A stretch of 64,000 bases of DNA, taken from IMG/VR virus record IMGVR_UViG_3300048015_000072, positions 1 through 64,000 of that record; one strand, given 5' to 3'. Below, one piece after another: positions 47,367-56,612 of this stretch. Made by a program: the position numbers and the translations under genes. Position 1 is the stretch's first letter. Each line of letters opens with the position of its first letter. Below the pieces are notes generated by a model. It saw nothing but the letters and a program-made list of their open reading frames with translations. It did not search any database and was not told the origin of the DNA. This DNA comes from a virus.

Positions 47367-47386
47367 AACCCTAGAGGCAAGGTTAA

Positions 47387-47791
47387 TTAGAGCTTAGACA
47401 GCTTTAGAGCGGGGTCTTTGCCTTTACCGCAAGTTGGATCTTCCGCAAAGATGGGTATTCGAATATTCATTCCCAGTTTATTTTTGGTTTCTATGGTTTT
47501 CTGGTATCTGACATCAATCGGGTAAACCATGTTGTAGTTAAGATGACTTTTTCGCGCTTTCGAAGTCAGCATGATTACGGCGGTTCCGAAGTTATGACAT
47601 CGATCAACCCCAGTTGACCCCAAGCAAATGCTCCCATCGTCATTGAAGTTGTGGTTAACCAAAACTGATGAGGTTTGCGGGTATTTTTCGACCACAGTAA
47701 TGTTCATGAGTTTGGTGCAGTTTTTTACTGAGCCTGAAGCAAAAGCTTGGCTGCTAAAAATCAATGTCAAAATAGCAATTACACGTACCAC
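47387..47791 (-). CDS. Secreted protein
   Basis: Signal peptide ending SQAFA; four Cys. Confidence 0.6.
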   Translation of the reverse strand: MVRVIAILTLIFSSQAFASGSVKNCTKLMNITVVEKYPQTSSVLVNHNFNDDGSICLGSTGVDRCHNFGTAVIMLTSKARKSHLNYNMVYPIDVRYQKTIETKNKLGMNIRIPIFAEDPTCGKGKDPALKLSKL

Positions 47792-47997
47792 AAAAACCTC
47801 CAGGTTTACCGCTCCCTTAAGGTTAATTTGTCAGAGTAAATTAGTCCAGCGATCCAAACTACGGTATCAAATTAATTCGAAAACGATGATGTAGAAGTTG
47901 ATGATGCGTATCACTTTGATAGGCTTCCAAACCGAAGTCTGAACAAAAGGTTTCGTATAGGTTTTAAAATGAATCTGATAAAGGCGCTTACCGATTC

Positions 47998-48570
47998 TCA
48001 TACGGATACAACCTCAATGAGGTGTGGCAAAAAAGCCTTCATGCGAACTTCAATTCCATTTTTGAGAGTCTTCTGGGAGTAGGGGCATTCCGCACAAGCT
48101 CCTTTCAATACCAGCTCAAGGCGTCCATTTTCGTATCGATAAAAAGAAATGTCGCCCCCATCGCGAGATACAACAGGCCTAATCAACTCGTTCAAAACCT
48201 TTTTGATTGTCTGAACGTCTTTGGAATCGGTTGATTTGATTTGCTCGTTATCTTCTGGAAGCAAAATCGGACGGCCCTTTGAAACGTAATCTTGAAAAGC
48301 AAGAATTAGAGAATCGGTTACATCAAACCAATTGAAACCCTCGATTGCAGATACCGTCACGAAATTAAAACCCACGTAAACACGATTCACCCAAGCGAGT
48401 TGCAAAAGCAAAGCCGCGAGTGGAGATCTTGAGGTATTTCCCCCTTTAATAAATTCGCATCCGTCCTTTGCAATTACATTGGAGAACTGAAATTTAATGC
48501 TAGCTGGGTTTGGAGTCGGATTGGCCGTAATCGTTGGTGGAGCATCTCTAACAATCTGTAAATGGCTCAT
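47998..48570 (-). CDS. nfuA: Nfu/NifU-family Fe-S cluster carrier (Nfu_N plus NifU_C)
   Basis: TPNP.SIKF, SPLA, FVTV, IRP....DGGDI, GACAECP.S..TLKNGIE. Confidence 0.9.
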   Translation of the reverse strand: MSHLQIVRDAPPTITANPTPNPASIKFQFSNVIAKDGCEFIKGGNTSRSPLAALLLQLAWVNRVYVGFNFVTVSAIEGFNWFDVTDSLILAFQDYVSKGRPILLPEDNEQIKSTDSKDVQTIKKVLNELIRPVVSRDGGDISFYRYENGRLELVLKGACAECPYSQKTLKNGIEVRMKAFLPHLIEVVSV

Positions 48571-48782
48571 TTGCCATCCGATCTAGAGGATACGATTTTT
48601 AGTTTTGGCTTTACGTTTCTTTGCCCGAGTTTGATGGTAGTTGGTTTTTCGTTTCGGTTATCAAATGGGTAGTGTTGTTCGTCTATTGAAAAACCCCGAA
48701 ATCTACGAATTAGCAGGGGAATGTAGATCACTAAAAACATTGCGGTCATTCCTACAAAAGTTCCAACAAAAAATAAATTCAT
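48567..48782 (-). CDS. Small membrane protein
   Basis: N-terminal TM; coupled to the Nfu gene. Confidence 0.5.
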   Translation of the reverse strand: MNLFFVGTFVGMTAMFLVIYIPLLIRRFRGFSIDEQHYPFDNRNEKPTTIKLGQRNVKPKLKIVSSRSDGK

Positions 48783-48861
48783 AGAGCCCTCAATCTAAGA
48801 GTATCAACTATTTAACCCATCTCCAAGAAAAAAGCGCGATTCGTTTTGAGATAATTAACCC

Positions 48862-49209
48862 ATGCGTAGGTTATTGCTCATTGCTTGTTGTTTATCGATG
48901 CTTTCTGGGTGTTCTTTATTTCGTCCCCGATTCAAAGTCGGCGAATGTCTGTTCCGTTACGAAAACAAAGTTTGGGAACTCAAAAAAGACGAAAAACCCA
49001 TTTTGATGGTCAAGATCCAAGATGTTAAAGATGGCAAATACTTGATGAATGAATGGCTTTACAAAGACTCCGGAGATTCCATCAGAGAAGAAAAAACGAC
49101 GGTCCTAGATACATCTGCGTATTATAAAAAAATTGACGATTGCACTGACGGTCTTCAACAATTACCCAGTTGGGTAGAGTCATTTCAGTACAGCTACGAC
49201 CAAGATTGA
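48862..49209 (+). CDS. Lipoprotein (leaderless)
   Basis: Lipobox LSGC; TGAGATAAT ends 6 nt before the ATG. Confidence 0.65.
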   Translation: MRRLLLIACCLSMLSGCSLFRPRFKVGECLFRYENKVWELKKDEKPILMVKIQDVKDGKYLMNEWLYKDSGDSIREEKTTVLDTSAYYKKIDDCTDGLQQLPSWVESFQYSYDQD

Positions 49210-49282
49210 TAGAATAGCGAAAATCAAAATACAAAATATTAAATCCTTTTGAAGTTTCGAAAACGGATTAGTTGGATTCGAC

Positions 49283-49549
49283 TTAATTTGTGGACCTTAC
49301 AAAAACCTTTTTACCTTTTGCTTCTTTTAAGGCCCTGCACGGGATGTTTGAATCTTCTGAAGCCTCGCAGTTGGCGCTCATGCGGTCGTCCAGGTAGGAT
49401 ACGACTTCGGTAATAAAAATTTGAACGACGATCCCAACGCAAATGTAAAAAATGGCCGAAAGGAAGTTAATTCGCCCTTCAGTTTGTCTGACGAGCCTGT
49501 GGTTTAGGATTTGCTGTTCAAGACTTGGTTTTTGGTCTTCTATTGTCAT
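49283..49549 (-). CDS. Small membrane protein (leaderless)
   Basis: One TM; TTGCTA-17-TAAATT ends 6 nt before the ATG. Confidence 0.55.
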   Translation of the reverse strand: MTIEDQKPSLEQQILNHRLVRQTEGRINFLSAIFYICVGIVVQIFITEVVSYLDDRMSANCEASEDSNIPCRALKEAKGKKVFVRSTN

Positions 49550-49651
49550 AAAAGTAATTTAACCCGAAGTGGGTTAAATAGCAAGTGAAATGGCCGGGAG
49601 AGGTACTGATATAATTATGAAAGATTCAGAATCAAATGGGGACTTCATTTA

Positions 49652-51748
49652 ATGGCATTTGGACTAGACGCGCTCGTAAACAATATAACCGATTCAGTTT
49701 CGGGTTTGGTCAACGGGCTTTTAGGCAAAAGCAATGAAACAAAACCGTACCCCGATGCCGATACCCGAATCTCAATTGCTTTAAACCAGATCACGCCCAG
49801 CAATTGGCTGAAATCAATTCCTTATGCTTTTTCGGTTCAGAGTGCTTCGGGCCAAGACGACTTTGTCGCAAACTTGTTCTCTGATTTTGTTTTGCCTTTG
49901 AACCCTTCTGACATTGCACAAGACGAAAACTTCTCAATAAACATTCGCCCGACTCAAGGGGGAAGCGTTGTTCAACACTCAGGTATTCGATATAGGGATT
50001 TGATTATTTCCGGTACAACGGGAATCGCGCCGTTTCGCGGAGCCGGTGGAGTTCAAAAATCAAACGGTAAGGCAATCTTTCAGCCGGACGCCCTCAAATA
50101 CAAATCCGGTTACGAGGTTTTTTTAACTCTTCGAAACTGGTTCAAGGCGTATTATCAAGTCAAGACAACCAATAATGACCTAATTTTGGTTTTCAAAAAT
50201 TTCAAAGACGGGGAATTCCTGATTATCGAACTGAACAAGTTTCAGATGAAACGATCAGCCAGCCGTAAAACCCTTTACGACTACACAATCAGTTGTAGAG
50301 TGCTGGGGAACGTGGCGTTTCAAGAACCCGCTGGGGCTAAAGGATTTTATGCAGACATCGATAGCTTTGTCGATCAAGCTAAAGAGGGTTTAGATACAGC
50401 ACGAGGTGGTTTACTTCGCTCGCAACAAATTCTTAGGCAGGTAGAGGCCACATACGAATCAACCGTACTTGATCCATTGAGAAAAGCTATTTTAGCAATC
50501 AAAGCCTTCAAAGGGCTTGGAACAGTTGCGGCAGACCTTGGACGACAAGCTATTTCAAATACGGTCAGTGAAGCTGCGACACTCGGAGTGCTCCTTGGCA
50601 TTTCAAAACAATCTAGTTTAACCGCTTCGGATCAAGCTGAAGTTAAAAAAGCTTTAACCAGTGCCCAAAATAATTCTCGGGTAGGTGCTTCTTCTCCAAC
50701 GACTGCAAACGCTGTAGCCTCGCTTTTGAACACGTCTGACATATTGACTAGGGTTGACTCTTCCGTGCTGCCCAAGGCCTCACAGGATGCCTTAAAAGCT
50801 GAATTAGCGGCGGCTGCGGCTTTACCTCGAAGCTTCTACGAAGAAACCCTGAATACTTTGACGCGAGTTCGGGACAACGCTGTTGATAAGTTTGGATTAG
50901 GATCTCCGGTGTATGATGCTCAATTTGGTAGGGTTTCAACTGGAACAGTAAATTCTCAAGCCGCAACTGAAGATGAGATTTTACTTGTGGACGCATTTTC
51001 AAAAGCCATTAAAGCAATGGAAAAAGTCCTTTCCGCTAACAACTTTCATGGAACTTCGTACTCAGACTTGATAACCGACGTTCAAAGTAAGTTCACCGAA
51101 AACTTGGGTTTAAAAATCCAACCCGCAATGAAAAGCATTATTCTTCCTACCGATACCGATCTGGAAAGACTTGCGCTCCAACAACTTGGTAATTCCTCAC
51201 GTTGGGTTGAGATTGCGGAGTTAAACGGTTTAAAACCCCCATTTATTATTCAAGATCAAAGCGACACAACTTTGAATGTCCTTCATCCAGGACAACAAAT
51301 CTTGATCCCAGAACCAGTTCAAAACGGTTTTGGAACTTTGGTTTCGGGTAAACCAACTTATTACACAGACAACCTCAGCCAAATTGAAAAGAACCTTGGC
51401 GTGGATTTGATGATTGATGAGAATTTCGATTTAGTGCTTTCCAACAACAACGATCTAGAGCTTGCAGTAGGTGCAAAAAACGCAGCCCAGGCGATTGCTT
51501 TAAAACTCGCGTATGAGCCCGGAGATTTAATAAAGCACCCTTCGGTTGGAGTCGGGATAACTGTTGGTGAGAAATTTCCAGACCTAAACGATATTCAAAT
51601 CAATTTGGTTAAAAGCCTTACGCAAGATCCAAGATTTCAATCGGTGCAAAACCTGTCAATTCAACAAGATGGGTCTTCGTTGCTTTTAAATTTTGAGGTC
51701 AAAATCACCAACGTGGACATTCCAGTTCCTCTTTCAATTCGAATTTAA
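49652..51748 (+). CDS. Baseplate protein: tube-initiator-like N-domain, LysM-like domain and gp25-like C-domain
   Basis: PLNPSDI...ISGTTG; DLERLA...LGNSSRWVEIAELNGL; G..NAAQAI.LKL....G.L..HP..G...DPR. Confidence 0.7.
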   Translation: MAFGLDALVNNITDSVSGLVNGLLGKSNETKPYPDADTRISIALNQITPSNWLKSIPYAFSVQSASGQDDFVANLFSDFVLPLNPSDIAQDENFSINIRPTQGGSVVQHSGIRYRDLIISGTTGIAPFRGAGGVQKSNGKAIFQPDALKYKSGYEVFLTLRNWFKAYYQVKTTNNDLILVFKNFKDGEFLIIELNKFQMKRSASRKTLYDYTISCRVLGNVAFQEPAGAKGFYADIDSFVDQAKEGLDTARGGLLRSQQILRQVEATYESTVLDPLRKAILAIKAFKGLGTVAADLGRQAISNTVSEAATLGVLLGISKQSSLTASDQAEVKKALTSAQNNSRVGASSPTTANAVASLLNTSDILTRVDSSVLPKASQDALKAELAAAAALPRSFYEETLNTLTRVRDNAVDKFGLGSPVYDAQFGRVSTGTVNSQAATEDEILLVDAFSKAIKAMEKVLSANNFHGTSYSDLITDVQSKFTENLGLKIQPAMKSIILPTDTDLERLALQQLGNSSRWVEIAELNGLKPPFIIQDQSDTTLNVLHPGQQILIPEPVQNGFGTLVSGKPTYYTDNLSQIEKNLGVDLMIDENFDLVLSNNNDLELAVGAKNAAQAIALKLAYEPGDLIKHPSVGVGITVGEKFPDLNDIQINLVKSLTQDPRFQSVQNLSIQQDGSSLLLNFEVKITNVDIPVPLSIRI

Positions 51749-51818
51749 CCAATTGGGATCATTGAAATTTTAAAGCCCCAAGATGGCAAAATAGAAAGAG
51801 ATAAAGAGGGAGAACTAA

Positions 51819-54800
51819 ATGGGCAGTTTGACGCTCAAATCCGAAAATCAGATCTTAGCCGATCAAATTTCAAAATTCTTAGCGACTACTGCAATCAACG
51901 ACTTAAACTCGGGTTCGACCATCTTGACGCTTTTGGAAGCAAACGCTCAAGAAATATTTCAAGCCTACATTCAGCTTGTAAACGTAATTCGAAACTACAA
52001 TTTGGATACCACGACCGGATCTGACCTCGATGCGAGGGCGTTTGAATACAACTTAACTCGAAATGCAGCTCAAAAAGCTTCTGGGCTTATTAGAATTTTA
52101 CGTGACTCAAGTTTCGTGAAAGTTTCTACTTCTTTTTATTCGGGATTACCAGCACCCGTCGTAGGAGATACCGTTTTGCGCGTCAATGATGCGTCGAACG
52201 TGCTTTACGGTACTTCGGGAACTTTGATCATAGGACGCGGAACTTCGAACGAAGAAGAAGTAACTTATACTTCTGCACCAACGAACTTTACAAACTACTA
52301 CGAATTTGTGACATCTCCTTTTGCGAATAGTCATGGTTTAAGCGAAAGCGTTATTTTGAAACAGGGCGTGGATGAAGTTATTCCCGCAGGAACTATTGTC
52401 AAAGTTCCCGCAGCGGGAGTAAGCCCAGATATTAACTTTGCGGTAAACCAGGACGTTACTCTGTTATCTGGCGAAGCCTATGTCGATAACGTAGAAGTAA
52501 CTGCGGTATTGACTGGTACTTCTGGCAACATTGCAATTGGAGCAATTACTGGCACTCAAGCATTTGCTTCACCCCCTTTTCAAAATGCTCAGGCAACTAA
52601 TTTATCAAAATTTACTACGGGCCAAGACCAAGAAATTGACGATGATTTAAGAAACCGAATTAAAAACCACATCCAATCTTTGAGCAACGCAACTCAAGAA
52701 GCTTTGTTAAACGCAATTATCGGAGTAGTTGATACTGCCAGCGCAAAGCGTGTGGTCTCGGCTAACGTGATTTTGCCGACAACTGCGGACGAACCCGTAA
52801 AAATTTATATCGATGACGGAACTGGCTTTGAAGCATCTTTCTCTAGCCAAGGTTTTGAAAGTCTTATTGATCAGGCTACGGGCGGTGAAACTCGACTTCA
52901 ATTACAACTTGCCCCAGTTGTTAAAGCTAGTGTTGAGAGTAACAGTGCAGAACCTTTTAATATGAGCACGGGTAATCTAATTTTGACTTATCAAGTTGGA
53001 TTACAAACCGAAACCATTACGTTCTTTATTTCCGATTTTACGTTCCCCTCGACAGTAAAAGCCCAAGAGATTGTCTCAAAGATCAATCTTCGTGCAAACC
53101 TAATTGAAGCCCGAACTGCCAACGGAGGAACTTCGGTAGTTATCTCCGCAAAGTCCGATATCAACGAGGACATTCAAGTTTTGGGCGGAACAGCTAACGC
53201 AATTTTAAATTTTCCTACTGACGCAAGATCGACTCTGTACCTATATGTGAATGGTGCGTTACTTTCTAAAGATGGTTCTACAGCCTACGTGGATACCGGC
53301 AGCCAAGAGACTTACAATTTTTCTGGAATAGGTGCAGCTCCTTGGCCCTTAAACGTAATTGTTGATGGTAAAAGCGCAAACCCCCAAATCGTAAATTTTC
53401 AAACAAGTAATTTTGTTTTGCCGTCTGCCGCAACTGCGGAAGAAGTCGCAAGCGTAATCAATGCTCAACTTGCCGGTGCCCAAGCCAGCGTTATCAATAA
53501 CGTAAGCGTTAGATTGGTATCAAACTCAAAATTAAATAGTGGATCGGGCATTCAAGTTACTGGTGGAAGTGCAAATACTGTTTTAAATTTCCCAACAAAC
53601 GCTTCGGTCGGAACAAACAACGATTACACGTTGAACCGGGAACTCGGAACGATTCAACTTAACAATCCATTATCGAAAAATGACGCAGTAACCGCTGGAT
53701 CTCTTTTAACGCGTGCTAGGTTAACGGCGTCTACGGCAGAGAATTATTCAGTAATAGCCGGACAAACGCTGGTAATTACAGTTGATGGTGGATCACCCCA
53801 AACAGTGACGTTTCCAACTACGTCGCTTTTAAGTGCAGCTCAGGCGGCGTCAATCATCAACGCTAGTCTTCAAGGCGGCAGTGCCACAGTAAATAAAATC
53901 GGAAATTTGAATTATTTAGAAATCAATACGAACACCTATACTCAAAGTCTCGGATCGATTGAAATTTCAAGTTCTTCTACTGCGGGTGCTTTTGGTTTTA
54001 CCTACGATACCCTCAAAACAAACCAAAGGCCCGATCGGGCTTTCGTAGTTGCACCAAATAGTCCCCCAATTAACTTTGTCCAAAACCAAAGCTTAGTTGT
54101 CGTGGTCGATCAAGATAGTGCTAATAAAACCTTTACCATCATTTTTGATTTCAGCGGAACGGTTACAACCGGGATTTCAACAACTCAATTTGAAGCCCAG
54201 GCTTTTAACACCGTGTTTTCATCAGATTCGATTCTGAATAACTTTTACGTGATTGCAAAAAGCGGAGCCAATACAACTTCTGGAAGTTTGAGTACCGTAA
54301 CAAAAATTTCTGGAAATACATTCCAATATACCTTTGCCTCTCTTCCTGTTGATTACTCGGACTTTGCAATAGGGGATCATGTATTGATTTCTGGTATGCA
54401 AAACTCTGCAAATAACGGTAGTTTTTTAATCACCGCAATTAACCCAACTTTAGGAACCTTTCAAATTTTAAATCCAAACGGAATAATTGAAGCAAACTCC
54501 ATGGGAACCGCTTTGATAGGTCAGAGGCGGCAAGTCAGCGCCTATACTGCAATGACCGGAAACATAACGGTTTCATCTCCCTTTAGAGCCATGTTTTCTC
54601 CCGGTGATACCTTTACGGTTCTGCCTTCAACCATTCTGAATTTGGTAAATTTCATCAACAACAAAAAAGTGACGACTTTAAGCACTACTGCTTACATCGA
54701 AGCGGTTCAAAACAACACAAAACTTCAATTATCTTCGATAAGCCAAGGTTCAGACGGCTACATTCAAGTTACTGGTGGAAGTGCAAATCAAAATCTTGGG

Positions 54801-55220
54801 TTTTCAACGTCCACAGTTCGGGGTCTCCAGGCTTACAATTACTCAACCGGCCTCGTTCTTCAGGTACACAAAACCGTGTACGGGGATGATCAAGATCTAG
54901 TTTCTTACCCCGGAGTAGGGGCTGCTGGTATTGAGTTTCAAATACTTGCACCTACAATTGCTGAGGTTTCATTCAATCTAATTGTGACTCTGGCTCAGGG
55001 AGTTGCAATTGGAACAGTTGAAAACGACATTCGATCTGCGGTTACTGGTTATGTAAATTCGCTTGGTATTGGCGCTGACGTAATTGTGTCCACTGTCATT
55101 CAAAAAATTATGGAAGTTACCGGAGTTACCGACGTTCAGATTGTGGCTCCTACCCAAAACATCGCAATTGCAGATAACGAAATTGCAAGAACCTCTGACT
55201 CGCTTATTACGATAGGTTAA
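51819..55220 (+). CDS. Baseplate J-like wedge protein with a large repeat insertion
   Basis: TGSDLD.RA, IPAGT.V, TGQDQE.DDDLRNRI, C-terminal YVNSLGIG; 1133 aa. Confidence 0.85.
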   Translation: MGSLTLKSENQILADQISKFLATTAINDLNSGSTILTLLEANAQEIFQAYIQLVNVIRNYNLDTTTGSDLDARAFEYNLTRNAAQKASGLIRILRDSSFVKVSTSFYSGLPAPVVGDTVLRVNDASNVLYGTSGTLIIGRGTSNEEEVTYTSAPTNFTNYYEFVTSPFANSHGLSESVILKQGVDEVIPAGTIVKVPAAGVSPDINFAVNQDVTLLSGEAYVDNVEVTAVLTGTSGNIAIGAITGTQAFASPPFQNAQATNLSKFTTGQDQEIDDDLRNRIKNHIQSLSNATQEALLNAIIGVVDTASAKRVVSANVILPTTADEPVKIYIDDGTGFEASFSSQGFESLIDQATGGETRLQLQLAPVVKASVESNSAEPFNMSTGNLILTYQVGLQTETITFFISDFTFPSTVKAQEIVSKINLRANLIEARTANGGTSVVISAKSDINEDIQVLGGTANAILNFPTDARSTLYLYVNGALLSKDGSTAYVDTGSQETYNFSGIGAAPWPLNVIVDGKSANPQIVNFQTSNFVLPSAATAEEVASVINAQLAGAQASVINNVSVRLVSNSKLNSGSGIQVTGGSANTVLNFPTNASVGTNNDYTLNRELGTIQLNNPLSKNDAVTAGSLLTRARLTASTAENYSVIAGQTLVITVDGGSPQTVTFPTTSLLSAAQAASIINASLQGGSATVNKIGNLNYLEINTNTYTQSLGSIEISSSSTAGAFGFTYDTLKTNQRPDRAFVVAPNSPPINFVQNQSLVVVVDQDSANKTFTIIFDFSGTVTTGISTTQFEAQAFNTVFSSDSILNNFYVIAKSGANTTSGSLSTVTKISGNTFQYTFASLPVDYSDFAIGDHVLISGMQNSANNGSFLITAINPTLGTFQILNPNGIIEANSMGTALIGQRRQVSAYTAMTGNITVSSPFRAMFSPGDTFTVLPSTILNLVNFINNKKVTTLSTTAYIEAVQNNTKLQLSSISQGSDGYIQVTGGSANQNLGFSTSTVRGLQAYNYSTGLVLQVHKTVYGDDQDLVSYPGVGAAGIEFQILAPTIAEVSFNLIVTLAQGVAIGTVENDIRSAVTGYVNSLGIGADVIVSTVIQKIMEVTGVTDVQIVAPTQNIAIADNEIARTSDSLITIG

Positions 55221-55223
55221 AAA

Positions 55224-56540
55224 ATGGCAGATACCAAATTTGACCGATTTGTAAGAACGCTACCTCCAGTTTTTAAACCAAGGATCAATCCGATCATTGG
55301 GGCGCTATTAAAATCCTGGGGTATTGCTCACGACGATTTAGTAGCTCAAATTGAAAACACAAAAGAGCAATTGTTTGTTAAAACCGCTCAAGGAACTTAT
55401 CTGGATCGTCTTGGATCGGGCCTTGGAGTTTCTAGGCCACAATCTTTGGGATTGCTGGATAGCGATTTTCAAAAACTGATTCCGGTTTTGTCTTTAGAGG
55501 CAAAAAATATTCGAAAAGTATTTTATGAAGTGATGGACGTGTTTTGGGGACCCTTGTTTTCAAGAACCAATGTTACAAGCCAAAACTACGCGCCTTTTAA
55601 CCTTGTAACTGGAGATACATTAACCGTTTCGGTAGATGGCGGAACCCCGCAAACTGCAAAAATTCTTAGCGGCGATCTTGCAACTCAAGGAGCTGCGAGC
55701 GCAGTTGAAATTGCAAATGTGTTATCAAGAATCTCTGGAGTAACCGTAAGCATTATTACGGAGCCTGGAACTTCCCAAGAATACATCAATATCAGGACCA
55801 ATACGCCAGGTGCTCGAGGATCAATCGAGATTGAAACTTCGACTATGACTAGCGGTACTAAGTTAAATTTTGCTCTTAAAAAAACTAGGATTACCGATTT
55901 AAGTCAACGGACGGTTGTTTGGGAAATTACCCCCAAAGAACTGTTGATTGAGTTGCCCGCAATTATTCCAACTCTTCGAAGAACTTTAAAAGGGTCTCAT
56001 CATTTTCACGCCGATTCGACGTTAGCTAGCCCAGTGCCCCCGGGAAATGGAATTTGGGAAGGTAGCTTTTTATATTCACCACTTGGCGTTCCTTATACGG
56101 TAACTCGTCAAAAAGCCGTTATTGAAGAGGCTCTTTTTGAAGGAAACGTCTATACGAAAGTAACTGTAGACGATTCCAGCAACATCCCAAACTCTCCCGG
56201 AACTTTGATTTTTGGATGGGGTTTAAGTGATGAAGAAGAGCCAGTCAAATACATCAACGTGCCAAACAAAAACACGGTGTTATTAGACCCCGGGCATGTG
56301 TTTCAAAAAACTCATCTTCCGGGTACTCCCATAAACGTCCTGGTACCTAGCTTGGCTCCATATGTTCCTCAAATTAATGGAAATGATCTGGCAATTTATT
56401 TAACCTCACCGGCGAACTCCAGAAGTGTTGTTCAAAATCTGCTTTCCCAATTAGCCGCAGCGGGCGTTTTGGTGAAGTTTGCGATTCTATTGCCAAACTA
56501 CGAATACCTGATTGTAAATCCATATTTGGAAAATACTTAA
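55224..56540 (+). CDS. Baseplate wedge (tail I-like) protein
   Basis: TAQGTYLDRLG...GVSRP; AAGVLV C-terminus. Confidence 0.7.
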   Translation: MADTKFDRFVRTLPPVFKPRINPIIGALLKSWGIAHDDLVAQIENTKEQLFVKTAQGTYLDRLGSGLGVSRPQSLGLLDSDFQKLIPVLSLEAKNIRKVFYEVMDVFWGPLFSRTNVTSQNYAPFNLVTGDTLTVSVDGGTPQTAKILSGDLATQGAASAVEIANVLSRISGVTVSIITEPGTSQEYINIRTNTPGARGSIEIETSTMTSGTKLNFALKKTRITDLSQRTVVWEITPKELLIELPAIIPTLRRTLKGSHHFHADSTLASPVPPGNGIWEGSFLYSPLGVPYTVTRQKAVIEEALFEGNVYTKVTVDDSSNIPNSPGTLIFGWGLSDEEEPVKYINVPNKNTVLLDPGHVFQKTHLPGTPINVLVPSLAPYVPQINGNDLAIYLTSPANSRSVVQNLLSQLAAAGVLVKFAILLPNYEYLIVNPYLENT

Positions 56541-56612
56541 GAGCTTTCGTAGGTTAAATAAGTTTGGCCCCCTCCGGTATAATTTGAATAGATTCAGAAT
56601 CCGGAGATCTAA

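Noticed and set aside
20311-56540. Tailocin or extracellular contractile injection system
   Set aside because: Major capsid, head adaptor and neck genes are present, so this is a phage
2996-56583. A GCC upstream element as a phage-specific late promoter consensus
   Set aside because: Spacing to the -10 box varies from about 8 to 16 nt, so it cannot be supported by eye
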